This document shows positions 1 to 8,657 of a DNA stretch of 62,218 nt, one piece after another. The notes beneath the pieces are model-generated. The model made no database searches. It was not told the origin of the DNA and worked only from the letters and a program-made list of their open reading frames with translations. The first letter of the stretch is position 1. Every line of letters starts with the position of its first letter. The stretch is taken from contig JAFGNO010000192.1 of NCBI GenBank assembly GCA_016926985.1, positions 1 to 62,218 on the forward strand, read 5' to 3'. Source of the DNA: Anaerolineae bacterium. Its GTDB lineage: Bacteria; Chloroflexota; Anaerolineae; Aggregatilineales; UBA3940. The position numbers and the translations under genes were made by a program.

Positions 1-291
1 CCCCAACATGATCGAGACACGGAAGAAAACGCCAAATGGCTCGGTCACGCCAATCGCAATCAGCCGCTCTGCTCCCCCGATGGGTTCGGTCAACAGAGTC
101 AATACAGGGTTTGCAATCAGCGTTCCAATCACTGCGCCCACAGCGATTGCGATCAGGCTGTGGATAATCCGGTTACGGAGTTCGTTCACATGCGGCAATA
201 CCGATGCCGGGTTGTCAAAAATGGCGCCAAGATCGGATTCTTCGTCAACTGGTTTTCTCAGCACGGGGCGGTTTTTAATGAGTGCTATCAT
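1..291 (-). CDS. tatC: Tat translocase subunit TatC, N-terminal part only (the gene runs off the left edge of the window)
   Basis: It is not in the ORF track because it is truncated. My translation of the minus strand from the ATG at 291-289 reads MIALIKNRPVLRKPVDEESDLGAIFDNPASVLPHVNELRNRIIHSLIAIAVGAVIGTLIANPVLTLLTEPIGG... The H-x-x-ELR-x-R-x-I block followed by a TM helix is the TatC N-terminus. An in-frame TAG lies 4 codons upstream of the ATG. The gene sits directly downstream of a TatA/B gene. Confidence 0.7.
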   Translation of the reverse strand, partial: MIALIKNRPVLRKPVDEESDLGAIFDNPASVLPHVNELRNRIIHSLIAIAVGAVIGTLIANPVLTLLTEPIGGAERLIAIGVTEPFGVFFRVSIMLG

Positions 292-379
292 GGCCAACCC
301 GAAACTAGCAAGGAGGGCGCTGATGATGACCGCAGCTTCAACGCTGAGCAAGTTGCGTGGGAGAAGACTGAAAAATGAC

Positions 380-745
380 TCAATCATTCTCTGGTCTCGT
401 ATCGCCTTCCGGGCTGTCCCGGTTTATTCCCCAGGGGTTATCTTTGTGCATGGAAGTTGGGTGTGAGTCTGGCGGCTTCCCGGCGCCTGAAAAGTCTCTG
501 ATGGCTTCTTCCAGATCGGTTTGTGCTTCCTCAAGCTCGGCCAGCCTGACCAGTGAAGTTGGCAGGTTGCGTATAGCCGATGTGATCTCGGTGAACTCCT
601 GCCACCAGACAGACCGCATGGCCTTTCCCAGCCACCTGCCGGCAGTCAGCGCGACTTCCCGTGTCCGGGTTGGCCCTAATATCACAAAGGCCAGTACGGC
701 AAGCAGGACGAGTTCCGGAAGCCCCACGCCACACAATGTATCCAT
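380..745 (-). CDS. TatA/TatB-family twin-arginine translocase subunit
   Basis: 121 aa. The N-terminus GVGLPELVLLAVLAFVILGPTRTREVALTAGRWLGK shows the Tat signature: G-x-PEL, a single TM helix, a GP hinge and an amphipathic helix. The tail is acidic and Pro-rich. tatC lies downstream. Confidence 0.8.
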   Translation of the reverse strand: MDTLCGVGLPELVLLAVLAFVILGPTRTREVALTAGRWLGKAMRSVWWQEFTEITSAIRNLPTSLVRLAELEEAQTDLEEAIRDFSGAGKPPDSHPTSMHKDNPWGINRDSPEGDTRPEND

Positions 746-785
746 ATCGCCTCAGAGGGAGCCTGCAAAGGGAAAGAATCCGGGG

Positions 786-1229
786 TTACACAATTGTCGG
801 ATCGGTGTCATTTCTAAACAGCTGTTGTAGCTCTGATTTTCTTTCTACCAGCGTCCCCAGGACGCCATTGACAAAACGCGGTGCGCTGTCACTGCCATAC
901 ATCTTGGCTAATTCGACAGCCTCATTGATTGCGACCTTCAGAGGGGTTTGCTCACCAACAAGCAGCTCAAAGATGGCGATGCGCAGGATATTCCGGTCGA
1001 TGATTGCAATCTGGTCAACCGGCCATTCCGGGGCATAGTCCTGGATTATTCGGTCAAGCTGCGCCTGATAGGTAGTGACGCCATCTACCAGTAAGCGGAA
1101 GAATAGTTCGCTGGATTCGTTAAAACCCTCTTCGTCCAGCCACCGCGCGACTATATCTTCGCTGCTGTGAGATGTACAATCCAATTCATAGAGCGTCTGC
1201 AAAGCAATCCTTCGCGTCTTACGCCTCAC
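786..1229 (-). CDS. nusB: Transcription antitermination factor NusB
   Basis: 147 aa with a GTG start preceded by GAGGA. It has RRKTRRIALQTLYELD and DRNILRIAIFELL blocks typical of NusB. The neighbourhood is the classical asp23-nusB arrangement. Confidence 0.9.
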   Translation of the reverse strand: MRRKTRRIALQTLYELDCTSHSSEDIVARWLDEEGFNESSELFFRLLVDGVTTYQAQLDRIIQDYAPEWPVDQIAIIDRNILRIAIFELLVGEQTPLKVAINEAVELAKMYGSDSAPRFVNGVLGTLVERKSELQQLFRNDTDPTIV

Positions 1230-1249
1230 AATTTCCTCTATTGATGCAC

Positions 1250-1609
1250 TTACTTGTTGCCGGGAACCTCAACATCTTCAATATGGACGTGTACGACTGA
1301 GACCTCCATGCCAACGAGGTCTTTCACTGCACGCTTGACCGCTTGTTGCACCCGACGGCTGACTTCGGCCATATTCACGCCATGGTCAACCACAATGTAC
1401 AGGTCGACGGTAATGGTCTGGTCGTTAATATCCAGTACCACTCCTGAACCGGTGGTAAAGCCGCGGAAAAGCCGCCCCATGTCCACCGGAATCTGTCCCA
1501 TTTGGGCCACACCGTCTTCGTTTTCAGCCGCCAGACGGACAATTGTGATAAGTACGCTGGGAGCAATTGTAATCGTATCCTGTGGTTCCATGATACCCTT
1601 ATCTTTCAT
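1250..1609 (-). CDS. Asp23/Gls24-family envelope stress protein
   Basis: 119 aa. The sequence APSVLITIVRLAAENEDGVAQM ... VDLYIVVDHGVNMAEVSRRVQQAVKRAV ... VHVHIEDV matches the Asp23 family pattern. Confidence 0.85.
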   Translation of the reverse strand: MKDKGIMEPQDTITIAPSVLITIVRLAAENEDGVAQMGQIPVDMGRLFRGFTTGSGVVLDINDQTITVDLYIVVDHGVNMAEVSRRVQQAVKRAVKDLVGMEVSVVHVHIEDVEVPGNK

Positions 1610-1644
1610 GGTTTGTGAAAAAACTGCCAGCTTGTGTTAACACG

Positions 1645-2394
1645 TTATCCCATGACCATCCCGCCGTCAATCGAAAGCACCTGTCCGGTAATATAGCCCG
1701 CTTCGGGCGAGACCAGAAAAGCCACAGCGGATGCCACTTCTTCAGGCGTTCCCCACCTGCCGAGCGGGATCGCATTGAGTGACGCCTGTTTGAGATTCTC
1801 CGGGATGGCCTCAGTCAGATCGGTGGGAATGAAACCGGGCGCCACGGCATTTACGGTGATGTTCCGGGCAGCCACTTCCCTTGCCAGCGCCTTGGTGAAG
1901 CCAATGATCCCGGCCTTGCTTGCGCTGTAATTTGTTTGTCCCGCATTCCCGGCAATTCCGGCCACTGAGCTGAGGTTGAGTATCCGTCCATATCGCTTTC
2001 GCATCATTACTTTCACAGCGGCTTTGGACATGTTGAAGGTGCTTTTCAGATTGGTTCTGATGACCACATCCCAGTCATCTTCAGACATCATCATGATGAC
2101 CATATCGCGGGTTGTACCGGCATTGTTGACCAAAATATCCAGTTTGCCATAGGTATCAACGGTTTGTTTTACCAGTTCCGCAGCCTGGTCAGCATTGCTT
2201 ACATCAGCTTGCAGGGCAAGCGCCGCCCCACCGCCCGCCTCAATCTCAGAGACAACCCGCTGGGCAGCTTCAGTGCTGCGGTTGTAGTTGACAACAACGG
2301 CAGCTCCATGCCGGGCCAGTTCAAGCGCAATTGCCCGGCCAATCCCGCGCGATGCGCCGGTTACCAGGGCAACTTGTTCGTTAAGATTGCTCAT
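1645..2394 (-). CDS. fabG: 3-oxoacyl-ACP reductase FabG (SDR family)
   Basis: 249 aa. It has the TGASRGIG cofactor motif, an NNAG motif and the catalytic Ser plus YSASKAG (YxxxK). It is adjacent to fabD. Confidence 0.9.
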   Translation of the reverse strand: MSNLNEQVALVTGASRGIGRAIALELARHGAAVVVNYNRSTEAAQRVVSEIEAGGGAALALQADVSNADQAAELVKQTVDTYGKLDILVNNAGTTRDMVIMMMSEDDWDVVIRTNLKSTFNMSKAAVKVMMRKRYGRILNLSSVAGIAGNAGQTNYSASKAGIIGFTKALAREVAARNITVNAVAPGFIPTDLTEAIPENLKQASLNAIPLGRWGTPEEVASAVAFLVSPEAGYITGQVLSIDGGMVMG

Positions 2395-2525
2395 TTTGAT
2401 TCCTTTGTCCCAGCTGGTTGGAACGCTTCAGGATGGCGGGATTCTACCATTCCCCACATCAGTCCACAAACAGGCGGGGTACCATGCTCCGCCAGGATGC
2501 CTGGTTACTTCCCGCAGATGCTGTG

Positions 2526-3485
2526 CTACGCCACTGCAAGGATGGCCCTGATACCATCAGGCGAATCGACCCTGTAACCGGTTGCGGATCGGTCAATGCG
2601 CTTCAGCAGACCGGTTAACACATCTCTGCTGCCCAGTTCAACATAGGTGCTGATCCCTGCTTCTTGCAGTGCCTGGATACTCTCTGTCCACCGGACGCGC
2701 GAGGTCAATTGATTCGCCAGTTCAGCCTGAATGGCTTCAACTGAGTTAAGTGGTTGGGCAGTTGTGTTGCCGATTAACGTTATCGCGGGGTTCCTGAACT
2801 GTGTGGAAGCCAGGGCGTCCCTGAATTCGTCCTGGATATGCGCCATCAGTGGCGAATGCGCCCCGATGCTGACTGGCAGCAGGACTGCGCGTTTTGCCCC
2901 ATAGTCCTTTGCCCGATCAACGGCCATCCTGAGCGAGGCATTATCGCCAGAAATGACAGTCTGCCCCGGACAGTTATCATTGGCGATAACCAGGATGCCG
3001 CCGATTTCCTGCAAAACCTGATCACAAAGCTGTTCAACCTGTTCTATCGGGATGCCCAGGATGGCGGCCATCCCCCCCGGATTCAGAACATCTGCATCTC
3101 GCATCAGTTCCCCACGTTTGCGGACCAATCCGAGGCCATCCGCAAAATCGAGTGCACCAGAGGCTGTCAATGCGGTTAACTCACCCAGGCTGTGACCGGC
3201 AGTGAACCGGGGGGTGAACGAGTCACCTATTTCGTCGTTGAACACACGCAGGGCTGCGATACCGCATACATACAGCGCCGGTTGGGCCATAGAGGTTTCT
3301 GTTAAAACTGGTTCAGGCCCATTGAAACATATGTTGGATAGGTTAAACCCTAACCGGTCGTTTGCCTCTTCAAATGTCTGCCTGGCAGCGGTATAAGCGG
3401 CATACAGGCCTGCCCCCATTCCCACGTACTGGGAACCCTGCCCGGGAAAAACAAATGCAGTGGAATCGGGCACCAGCACTATCAA
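2526..3485 (-). CDS. fabD: Malonyl-CoA:ACP transacylase FabD
   Basis: 319 aa with FVFPGQGSQYVGMG and the GHSLGE nucleophile elbow. Confidence 0.92.
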   Translation of the reverse strand: MIVLVPDSTAFVFPGQGSQYVGMGAGLYAAYTAARQTFEEANDRLGFNLSNICFNGPEPVLTETSMAQPALYVCGIAALRVFNDEIGDSFTPRFTAGHSLGELTALTASGALDFADGLGLVRKRGELMRDADVLNPGGMAAILGIPIEQVEQLCDQVLQEIGGILVIANDNCPGQTVISGDNASLRMAVDRAKDYGAKRAVLLPVSIGAHSPLMAHIQDEFRDALASTQFRNPAITLIGNTTAQPLNSVEAIQAELANQLTSRVRWTESIQALQEAGISTYVELGSRDVLTGLLKRIDRSATGYRVDSPDGIRAILAVA

Positions 3486-3575
3486 TCCTCCTTGCTGAAC
3501 CCTGGAAGAAAAAAGACCGTGTTTCCCGTGGAAATACGGTCTGATGACCCAGATATCTGACAGCAGCGTTGCCTG

Positions 3576-3758
3576 TTAATCTTCTGGCGCTACAATTTCC
3601 CGGCGGTTATATGTGCCACATTCCTGGCAGACGGTATGAGCGCGTTTTTTTGCCCCACAGTTCTCGCATTCTACCAGGGTTACAGGGCTGAGCTTGTGAT
3701 GACCTCGCCGACGGTCGCGCCGCCCCTTCGATGTTTTTCTTTTTGGTAGTGGACCCAT
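3576..3758 (-). CDS. rpmF: 50S ribosomal protein L32
   Basis: 60 aa. It reads PLPKRKTSKGRRDRRRGHHKL followed by a CxxC...CxxC zinc ribbon. A GAGGAG SD is present. Confidence 0.93.
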   Translation of the reverse strand: MGPLPKRKTSKGRRDRRRGHHKLSPVTLVECENCGAKKRAHTVCQECGTYNRREIVAPED

Positions 3759-3811
3759 AATCGGGCTTTCTCCTCACAATGTTATTTTTTCCAGCACAGG
3801 GCCAGCGGAGG

Positions 3812-3840
3812 ATTATATCCAAGAACCAGTGCTTATTCAA
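3812..3840 (-). promoter_or_regulatory. Sigma-70-type promoter for rpmF
   Basis: The minus strand reads TTGAAT-17 nt-TATAAT (-35 at 3840-3835, -10 at 3817-3812). It lies about 50 nt upstream of the rpmF ATG. Confidence 0.55.
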
Positions 3841-3882
3841 ACGCGTCTTGTCTTCCCATGATCACGAGAATCGATGCCGGGG

Positions 3883-3909
3883 AAAAAGTGCGGCCTGCAA
3901 ACAGGCCGC
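3883..3909 (-). terminator. Rho-independent terminator after the coiled-coil gene
   Basis: The minus strand reads GCGGCCUG-UUUG-CAGGCCGC (8-bp GC stem) followed by AC-UUUUU. It begins 26 nt after the stop at 3935. Confidence 0.65.
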
Positions 3910-3934
3910 GTCAGGATTGTGATGTAACCGGAAA

Positions 3935-4504
3935 TCAATCCCGGCGAGAGGATATTCGCTCGATGGTCATCGGCTCATCCGCAGGCTCAAGAGTTGATGG
4001 CGTCTGGATATCGGTGGGATCGGGGGCTGGAGCACTTGCTGCCCGCTGGCGGCGTGGTTGTGCCTCGCTCGCAACATGGCTGATGCCATTCCGCACAACG
4101 TGAACAGTTCTCAAAAGAGCATCTTCCAGGTCGCTGAGGACATCGAGCACATACTGGTCCGCATCCTGGCGGATGATATTGGCTTCCTGCCGGCTCTGGT
4201 CAATGATGCTGGTCGCCCGTGCCTGAGCAGCCTGAGTGATGCTGTCACGCTGAATCAGAGTCTCACTCTTTTCACGAGCCAGGTCGCGAATTCGAGCCGC
4301 TTCCTCATTTGCCTGGGCCATGATGCGGTCGCGCTCCCGGATGACCCGTTTCGCCTTCTCGATCTCCTCCGGGATTGAGATGCGCATCTGGTCAATGAGT
4401 TCAAGCGCCCGCTGCTCATCAATCAGCGTATGCCCTGTGAATGGGACATGGCGCCCACCATTCAGCAGTTCTTCGAGGCGGTCAACAAGATGTTGAATGT
4501 CCAC
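3935..4504 (-). CDS. Coiled-coil protein of unknown function (ATPase subunit H/b-like heptad region, low-complexity tail)
   Basis: 189 aa with a GTG start and GAAGG SD. It has long charged helices (EEIEKAKRVIRERDRIMAQANEEAARIRDLAREK...). The gene has its own promoter and terminator (see the regulatory features). The family assignment is only a resemblance. Confidence 0.5.
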   Translation of the reverse strand: MDIQHLVDRLEELLNGGRHVPFTGHTLIDEQRALELIDQMRISIPEEIEKAKRVIRERDRIMAQANEEAARIRDLAREKSETLIQRDSITQAAQARATSIIDQSRQEANIIRQDADQYVLDVLSDLEDALLRTVHVVRNGISHVASEAQPRRQRAASAPAPDPTDIQTPSTLEPADEPMTIERISSRRD

Positions 4505-4568
4505 GGCTCGCCTTCTTTCTGGTTTCAGTCTCGATCACGTTTAGTTGTCTGTTAGGATTATTATCACC

Positions 4569-4597
4569 ACTATACTGACAGGCGATTTACTACGCAA
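4569..4597 (-). promoter_or_regulatory. Sigma-70-type promoter for the coiled-coil gene
   Basis: The minus strand reads TTGCGT-17 nt-TATAGT. It lies in the 111-nt gap after coaD. Confidence 0.5.
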
Positions 4598-4615
4598 GTG
4601 TAAAGTATAGTCGAT

Positions 4616-5146
4616 TTAATCGCGAAACGATACCATATCGACCGATCCAGGTGCATCATCACCCAAATCTTTGAAATGTGCAAGCAGCGCCTGTTCGACA
4701 AACGCCGGAACCATACTGCTGACATCGCCACCCAGCGAACTGATCTCTCGGATTGTGCTGCTTGCCAGATGCATATGCTGCTCACTGGCAATCAGGCAAA
4801 TGGTATCAATATCCGGCGCGAGGCGACTGTTAGCCAGGGCCATCCTGAATTCCAGCTCAAAATCCGAGAATACCCGCAGCCCCCGGACAATCGTCTGGGC
4901 GTTCATGTTCCGCGCAAAGGCTACGGTCATCCCTGTGTATGGAACCACCTTGATGGTTGTATAGTCTTTAAGTGCCGTTTTGACGAGCCGTACGCGGTCT
5001 TCCACGCCGAAAACGATGTTCTTTGCGGGCCGATCATAGACCCCGATAATGAGATCATCAAAAAGCTTGCTTGCCCGTACTGCAATATCGATATGCCCGT
5101 AGTGGATTGGGTCAAAGGTCGCAGGGAAAATGGCGCGTCTGATCAC
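4616..5146 (-). CDS. coaD: Phosphopantetheine adenylyltransferase CoaD
   Basis: 176 aa. FPATFDPIHYGHIDI carries the nucleotidyltransferase HxGH motif, and the length and C-terminal ISSTxIRE-like block (SSTIREI) fit CoaD. Confidence 0.92.
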   Translation of the reverse strand: MIRRAIFPATFDPIHYGHIDIAVRASKLFDDLIIGVYDRPAKNIVFGVEDRVRLVKTALKDYTTIKVVPYTGMTVAFARNMNAQTIVRGLRVFSDFELEFRMALANSRLAPDIDTICLIASEQHMHLASSTIREISSLGGDVSSMVPAFVEQALLAHFKDLGDDAPGSVDMVSFRD

Positions 5147-5165
5147 GTGGATTCTCCAATCGCTG

Positions 5166-7763
5166 TTAGCTGAAATCGCTCGGGCTGTCTTCGATTGCCG
5201 TGGCTTGCTCTATCATCTCAGAAAGCAGGTGAAGATCGGGCGATTCCAGTGTGGGGTCGCTATCAAAGAGCAGGCGGGCTTCTCTTTGTACAAGATCGAT
5301 TAGCCAGGGGTTGAGCAGTTCGGCATAGGCAAATTGACCAAAGCCACTTTGCCGGGTCCCCAGCAAGTCGCCGGCGCCGCGCATCTCCCAGTCTATTTCT
5401 GCGAGCTTAAAGCCGTCGCTGGTGCTTTCCACTGCCTTCAGGCGGGAATCTTCATCCAGGAAAGCCTGGTCCGCGATAAGTAAGCAGTAGCTCTGCTCCG
5501 ATCCACGACCGACCCGCCCCCTGAGTTGGTGAAGCTGGGCCAGCCCAAATCGGTTGGCGTCTTCAACGACTATCACGGTGGCATTAGCCACGTCAATCCC
5601 GACCTCGATCACCGTAGTGCTGACCAGAATGTCTGTCTGTCCGTTGTAAAATGCCTGCATGGCGGCTTCTTTGTCTTCGGCTGCTAGTTGACCGTGTACA
5701 AGGCCCACTCGAAGGTCAGGGAAAACCTCGTTTTGCAGTCGCTCATAGACCCCGACCGCCGACCGGGCATCGAGCCGATCGCTTTCGTCAACCAGTGGGC
5801 AGATCACATAAGCCTGTCTGCCATTTTCTATCTGTCCCCGGACAAACTGGTATGCCCGTTCCCGTTCTTTTGGCTGCAGTACGCGCGTGTGGATGGGTGT
5901 TCTGCCAGGGGGCATTTCATCAAGTACCGTCAGGTCAAGGTCGGCGTGTAGTGTTAAAGCCAGCGTGCGCGGGATAGGGGTTGCTGTCATGACCAGCAGG
6001 TGGGGATTGCCACCATCAGCCTTAGCTCTCAGCGCCCCGCGCTGTGTCACGCCAAACCGGTGTTGTTCGTCAATCACAGCCAATCCCAGCCGATGGAACG
6101 CCAGCCCGGGCTGGATCAATGCATGGGTTCCAATCACCACCTGGATGCTGCCACTTGCCAGCCCTTGGTATACCCTGTCACGTTCAGACTGAGACAGGTT
6201 TCCGGTTAGCAGGGCGATTGATTCCGGTTCTGCTGTCCGGCTCTCAGCAAGGATTGCACTGAGGGTGGCATAGTGCTGCTCGGCGAGAATACTCGTCGGA
6301 GTCATGATGGCCGCCTGCGTCCCATTGACCACGGCAATACCCACGGCTGTTGCTGCAACAGCCGTCTTTCCGCTTCCCACATCCCCCTGGAGAAGCCGGT
6401 TCATGGGGATCTCTTTCGCCATGTCCCTGCGGATATCGTTGACTGCGTTCTGCTGTGCGTTGGTGAAAGCAAAAGGTAGTGTCTTCAGGAAGTTATCAAC
6501 CCATTCATCATCTACCCACAGCGGGATGCCCGCGTGGCTCTGCCATTCATGGCGTCGCCTGAGCATTGCTATCTGCAACAGAAAGGCGCTGTCAAATGCA
6601 AACCGGAATTTGGCAGCAGCCAGGTCTTCCTGAGTATCCGGGAAGTGGATCTGGGCCAGGGCGTCGCCATAATCCATCAGATCGCTGTTTTCACGTGTGC
6701 TGAGGGGGAGATAGTCTGCGATATGGGGCGTCCATTTATCAATGGTATCCTTCACCAGGCGCCTGAGGATGCGGGCACTCAGTCCTTTTGTCAGCGGGTA
6801 AACCGGAACGATGCGCCCGGCATGGAGCAGTTCGCGGTCGATGGGTTCCAGTTCTGGCGTATTCATCACAAAGCGGCCCAGATACTCCTCGACTGTGCCG
6901 CTTGCAACGTAGGGTTCTCCGCTTTCCAGCGTTTTCTCCATCCAGGGCTGGTTGAACCAGTTAAGGCGTAAATATCCACTGCCATCACTGAGATATGCCT
7001 CAACCCGTGCCCCGCCGTTCCTCATTGAGTGTGACCCGACTCGTTCAATGACCCCGATGACGGTGACTTCTTCGCCGACCACCAGTTTGTTGATGGGTTT
7101 CATCCGGGAGTAGTCATCATGTCTGCGCGGGAACAGGTAGAGCAGGTCCCGGATGGTGCCGACACCCAAGTTGCCGAGTTGCTCAGCCCTTACAGTCCCC
7201 ACGCCGTCAATTGTTGTTACGGGTAGATCAAGTTCAGCTAATGCCTCACTGGATAATGGAATCGCCGGTTGCTGCCATTTGTAGCCGCGCCGCTCGCGCA
7301 CAGGACGTTCGGTGCTGTCATGCTCGAATGTACCAAACGCATCAATCCCAATATCGGCATCGATATACGCGCTTTCATCCTCGTCCAGGTCTTCGTCCAG
7401 TTCGCCTATGCCAATATCATCAGGTGCTGTATAAAGGTCTGGATCCTTTTGCGGCAGGGCAGGGGAGGGGGTGGCGGATTCGAGCAGTTCGTCCGGTGCT
7501 GTTTCCACCGGCCCTTTTGCCATTGCGATAATTTCCTCCAATGCCGCAGGGCGGTCGCCCTGGGCAAGCGTTTCATAGGCGCGCAGCTTGAGCGCAATCT
7601 CGTCAACAAGGTCGTGATGAGCCTCTGTTTTTGCCTGGCTGTGCGCCTCGCGTGACCAGTGGTATGCAAAGCGGGCAAATCCGCCTATCACGGCATTATT
7701 CTGGCAATGTTTCTGCTGCTCCAGCCGCAGTATCTTAATCAGAGTCTGTAAAGAAGAAGCCAT
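5166..7763 (-). CDS. recG: ATP-dependent DNA helicase RecG with a roughly 175-aa N-terminal extension
   Basis: 865 aa. It has GDVGSGKT (Walker A), VIDEQHRFG (DEQH box), MTATPIPRT and the C-terminal GTRQSG (TRG motif). The wedge-domain region starts near aa 178. Confidence 0.93.
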   Translation of the reverse strand: MASSLQTLIKILRLEQQKHCQNNAVIGGFARFAYHWSREAHSQAKTEAHHDLVDEIALKLRAYETLAQGDRPAALEEIIAMAKGPVETAPDELLESATPSPALPQKDPDLYTAPDDIGIGELDEDLDEDESAYIDADIGIDAFGTFEHDSTERPVRERRGYKWQQPAIPLSSEALAELDLPVTTIDGVGTVRAEQLGNLGVGTIRDLLYLFPRRHDDYSRMKPINKLVVGEEVTVIGVIERVGSHSMRNGGARVEAYLSDGSGYLRLNWFNQPWMEKTLESGEPYVASGTVEEYLGRFVMNTPELEPIDRELLHAGRIVPVYPLTKGLSARILRRLVKDTIDKWTPHIADYLPLSTRENSDLMDYGDALAQIHFPDTQEDLAAAKFRFAFDSAFLLQIAMLRRRHEWQSHAGIPLWVDDEWVDNFLKTLPFAFTNAQQNAVNDIRRDMAKEIPMNRLLQGDVGSGKTAVAATAVGIAVVNGTQAAIMTPTSILAEQHYATLSAILAESRTAEPESIALLTGNLSQSERDRVYQGLASGSIQVVIGTHALIQPGLAFHRLGLAVIDEQHRFGVTQRGALRAKADGGNPHLLVMTATPIPRTLALTLHADLDLTVLDEMPPGRTPIHTRVLQPKERERAYQFVRGQIENGRQAYVICPLVDESDRLDARSAVGVYERLQNEVFPDLRVGLVHGQLAAEDKEAAMQAFYNGQTDILVSTTVIEVGIDVANATVIVVEDANRFGLAQLHQLRGRVGRGSEQSYCLLIADQAFLDEDSRLKAVESTSDGFKLAEIDWEMRGAGDLLGTRQSGFGQFAYAELLNPWLIDLVQREARLLFDSDPTLESPDLHLLSEMIEQATAIEDSPSDFS

Positions 7764-7784
7764 ATTCTACCGTTTCCGCCCGGG

Positions 7785-8645
7785 TTACACGTGGGCCGGT
7801 TCCTGTGCGCCGGTAACAACTGCTACGCCGATTGCATTTGGCCCAACGTGTGCGCCAATTACTGTGGTCACATTGGTGACCAGGATATCTTTTAAATCAG
7901 GTATCAATGTATAAATCCGGTTGGCGACTTCCTGAGCGCCACTGGGGAAACCGGTATGCATTACGGCCAGATGCTCGATTGGCATCAGATCGCATGTTTT
8001 ACTGATGAGTGTCGTGAGTGCTTTTGACCAGGTTCTTACCCGCGCTGCTGATACCACAGCGCCATTGCGCAGTTCAACAATTGGCTTGATATTTAACAGA
8101 TTGCTGATCCCCGCTTGAACAAGGTTTACTCTTCCGCTCCTGGCCAGATACTCGACCGTGTTGAGCAGCGCATAGACTCTAACCCGTGTTATCGTATTCC
8201 GCACGGTGGCAACCACGGGCTCTACACTGGTAGATGTTTTGGCGCAGGTCAATGCTTTCAAGACGCTCCAGCCAACTCCCATACTGAGTTGCCCGGAATC
8301 AATGACGTGAATGCACTGAGGCGAAAACTGCTGAGCAGCAATACAGGCGGAGTTATAAATCCCGCTTAATGAGCTCGCTGCATGAACCGAGACAATCTGA
8401 TCGGTTTTTTCCAACAGGTGTTTATATACTTCATGAAATACACCGGGACCGGGCGCGGATGTTGAGGGCAGTCTTTTGAGTTTAGGGAGCATGCGATAGA
8501 AGGTTTCACGGGTGATATCAATGCCATCTCTGAATGACTCTACTCCCAGGTTGATGAGTGCCGGGACGACGACCAGCCGATCGCGTTCTGCGTCAACAAT
8601 ATCATCCGGGATATCGCATGTGCTATCAGTTACTATGCCAATCAT
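7785..8645 (-). CDS. DegV-family fatty-acid-binding protein (FakB-like)
   Basis: 286 aa. It starts MIGIVTDSTCDIP, with a DegV-type length and layout. It is one of two tandem paralogues next to the DAK2/YloV gene. Confidence 0.88.
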   Translation of the reverse strand: MIGIVTDSTCDIPDDIVDAERDRLVVVPALINLGVESFRDGIDITRETFYRMLPKLKRLPSTSAPGPGVFHEVYKHLLEKTDQIVSVHAASSLSGIYNSACIAAQQFSPQCIHVIDSGQLSMGVGWSVLKALTCAKTSTSVEPVVATVRNTITRVRVYALLNTVEYLARSGRVNLVQAGISNLLNIKPIVELRNGAVVSAARVRTWSKALTTLISKTCDLMPIEHLAVMHTGFPSGAQEVANRIYTLIPDLKDILVTNVTTVIGAHVGPNAIGVAVVTGAQEPAHV

Positions 8646-8657
8646 GATGCAAACAGC

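Noticed and set aside
8-466. 152-aa plus-strand ORF at the left edge (also 160-378 and 375-830).
   Set aside because: The composition is low-complexity and Ser/Arg/Ala-rich. The opposite strand encodes clear TatC (1-291) and TatA/B (380-745) sequences, so these are antisense shadows in GC-rich DNA.
2395-2525. I expected an acpP or another small gene in the fabD-fabG gap.
   Set aside because: No ORF with a DSL(D/E) phosphopantetheine motif appears in any frame. The gap holds only a weak hairpin and a possible TTGTGG-17-TAGAAT box.
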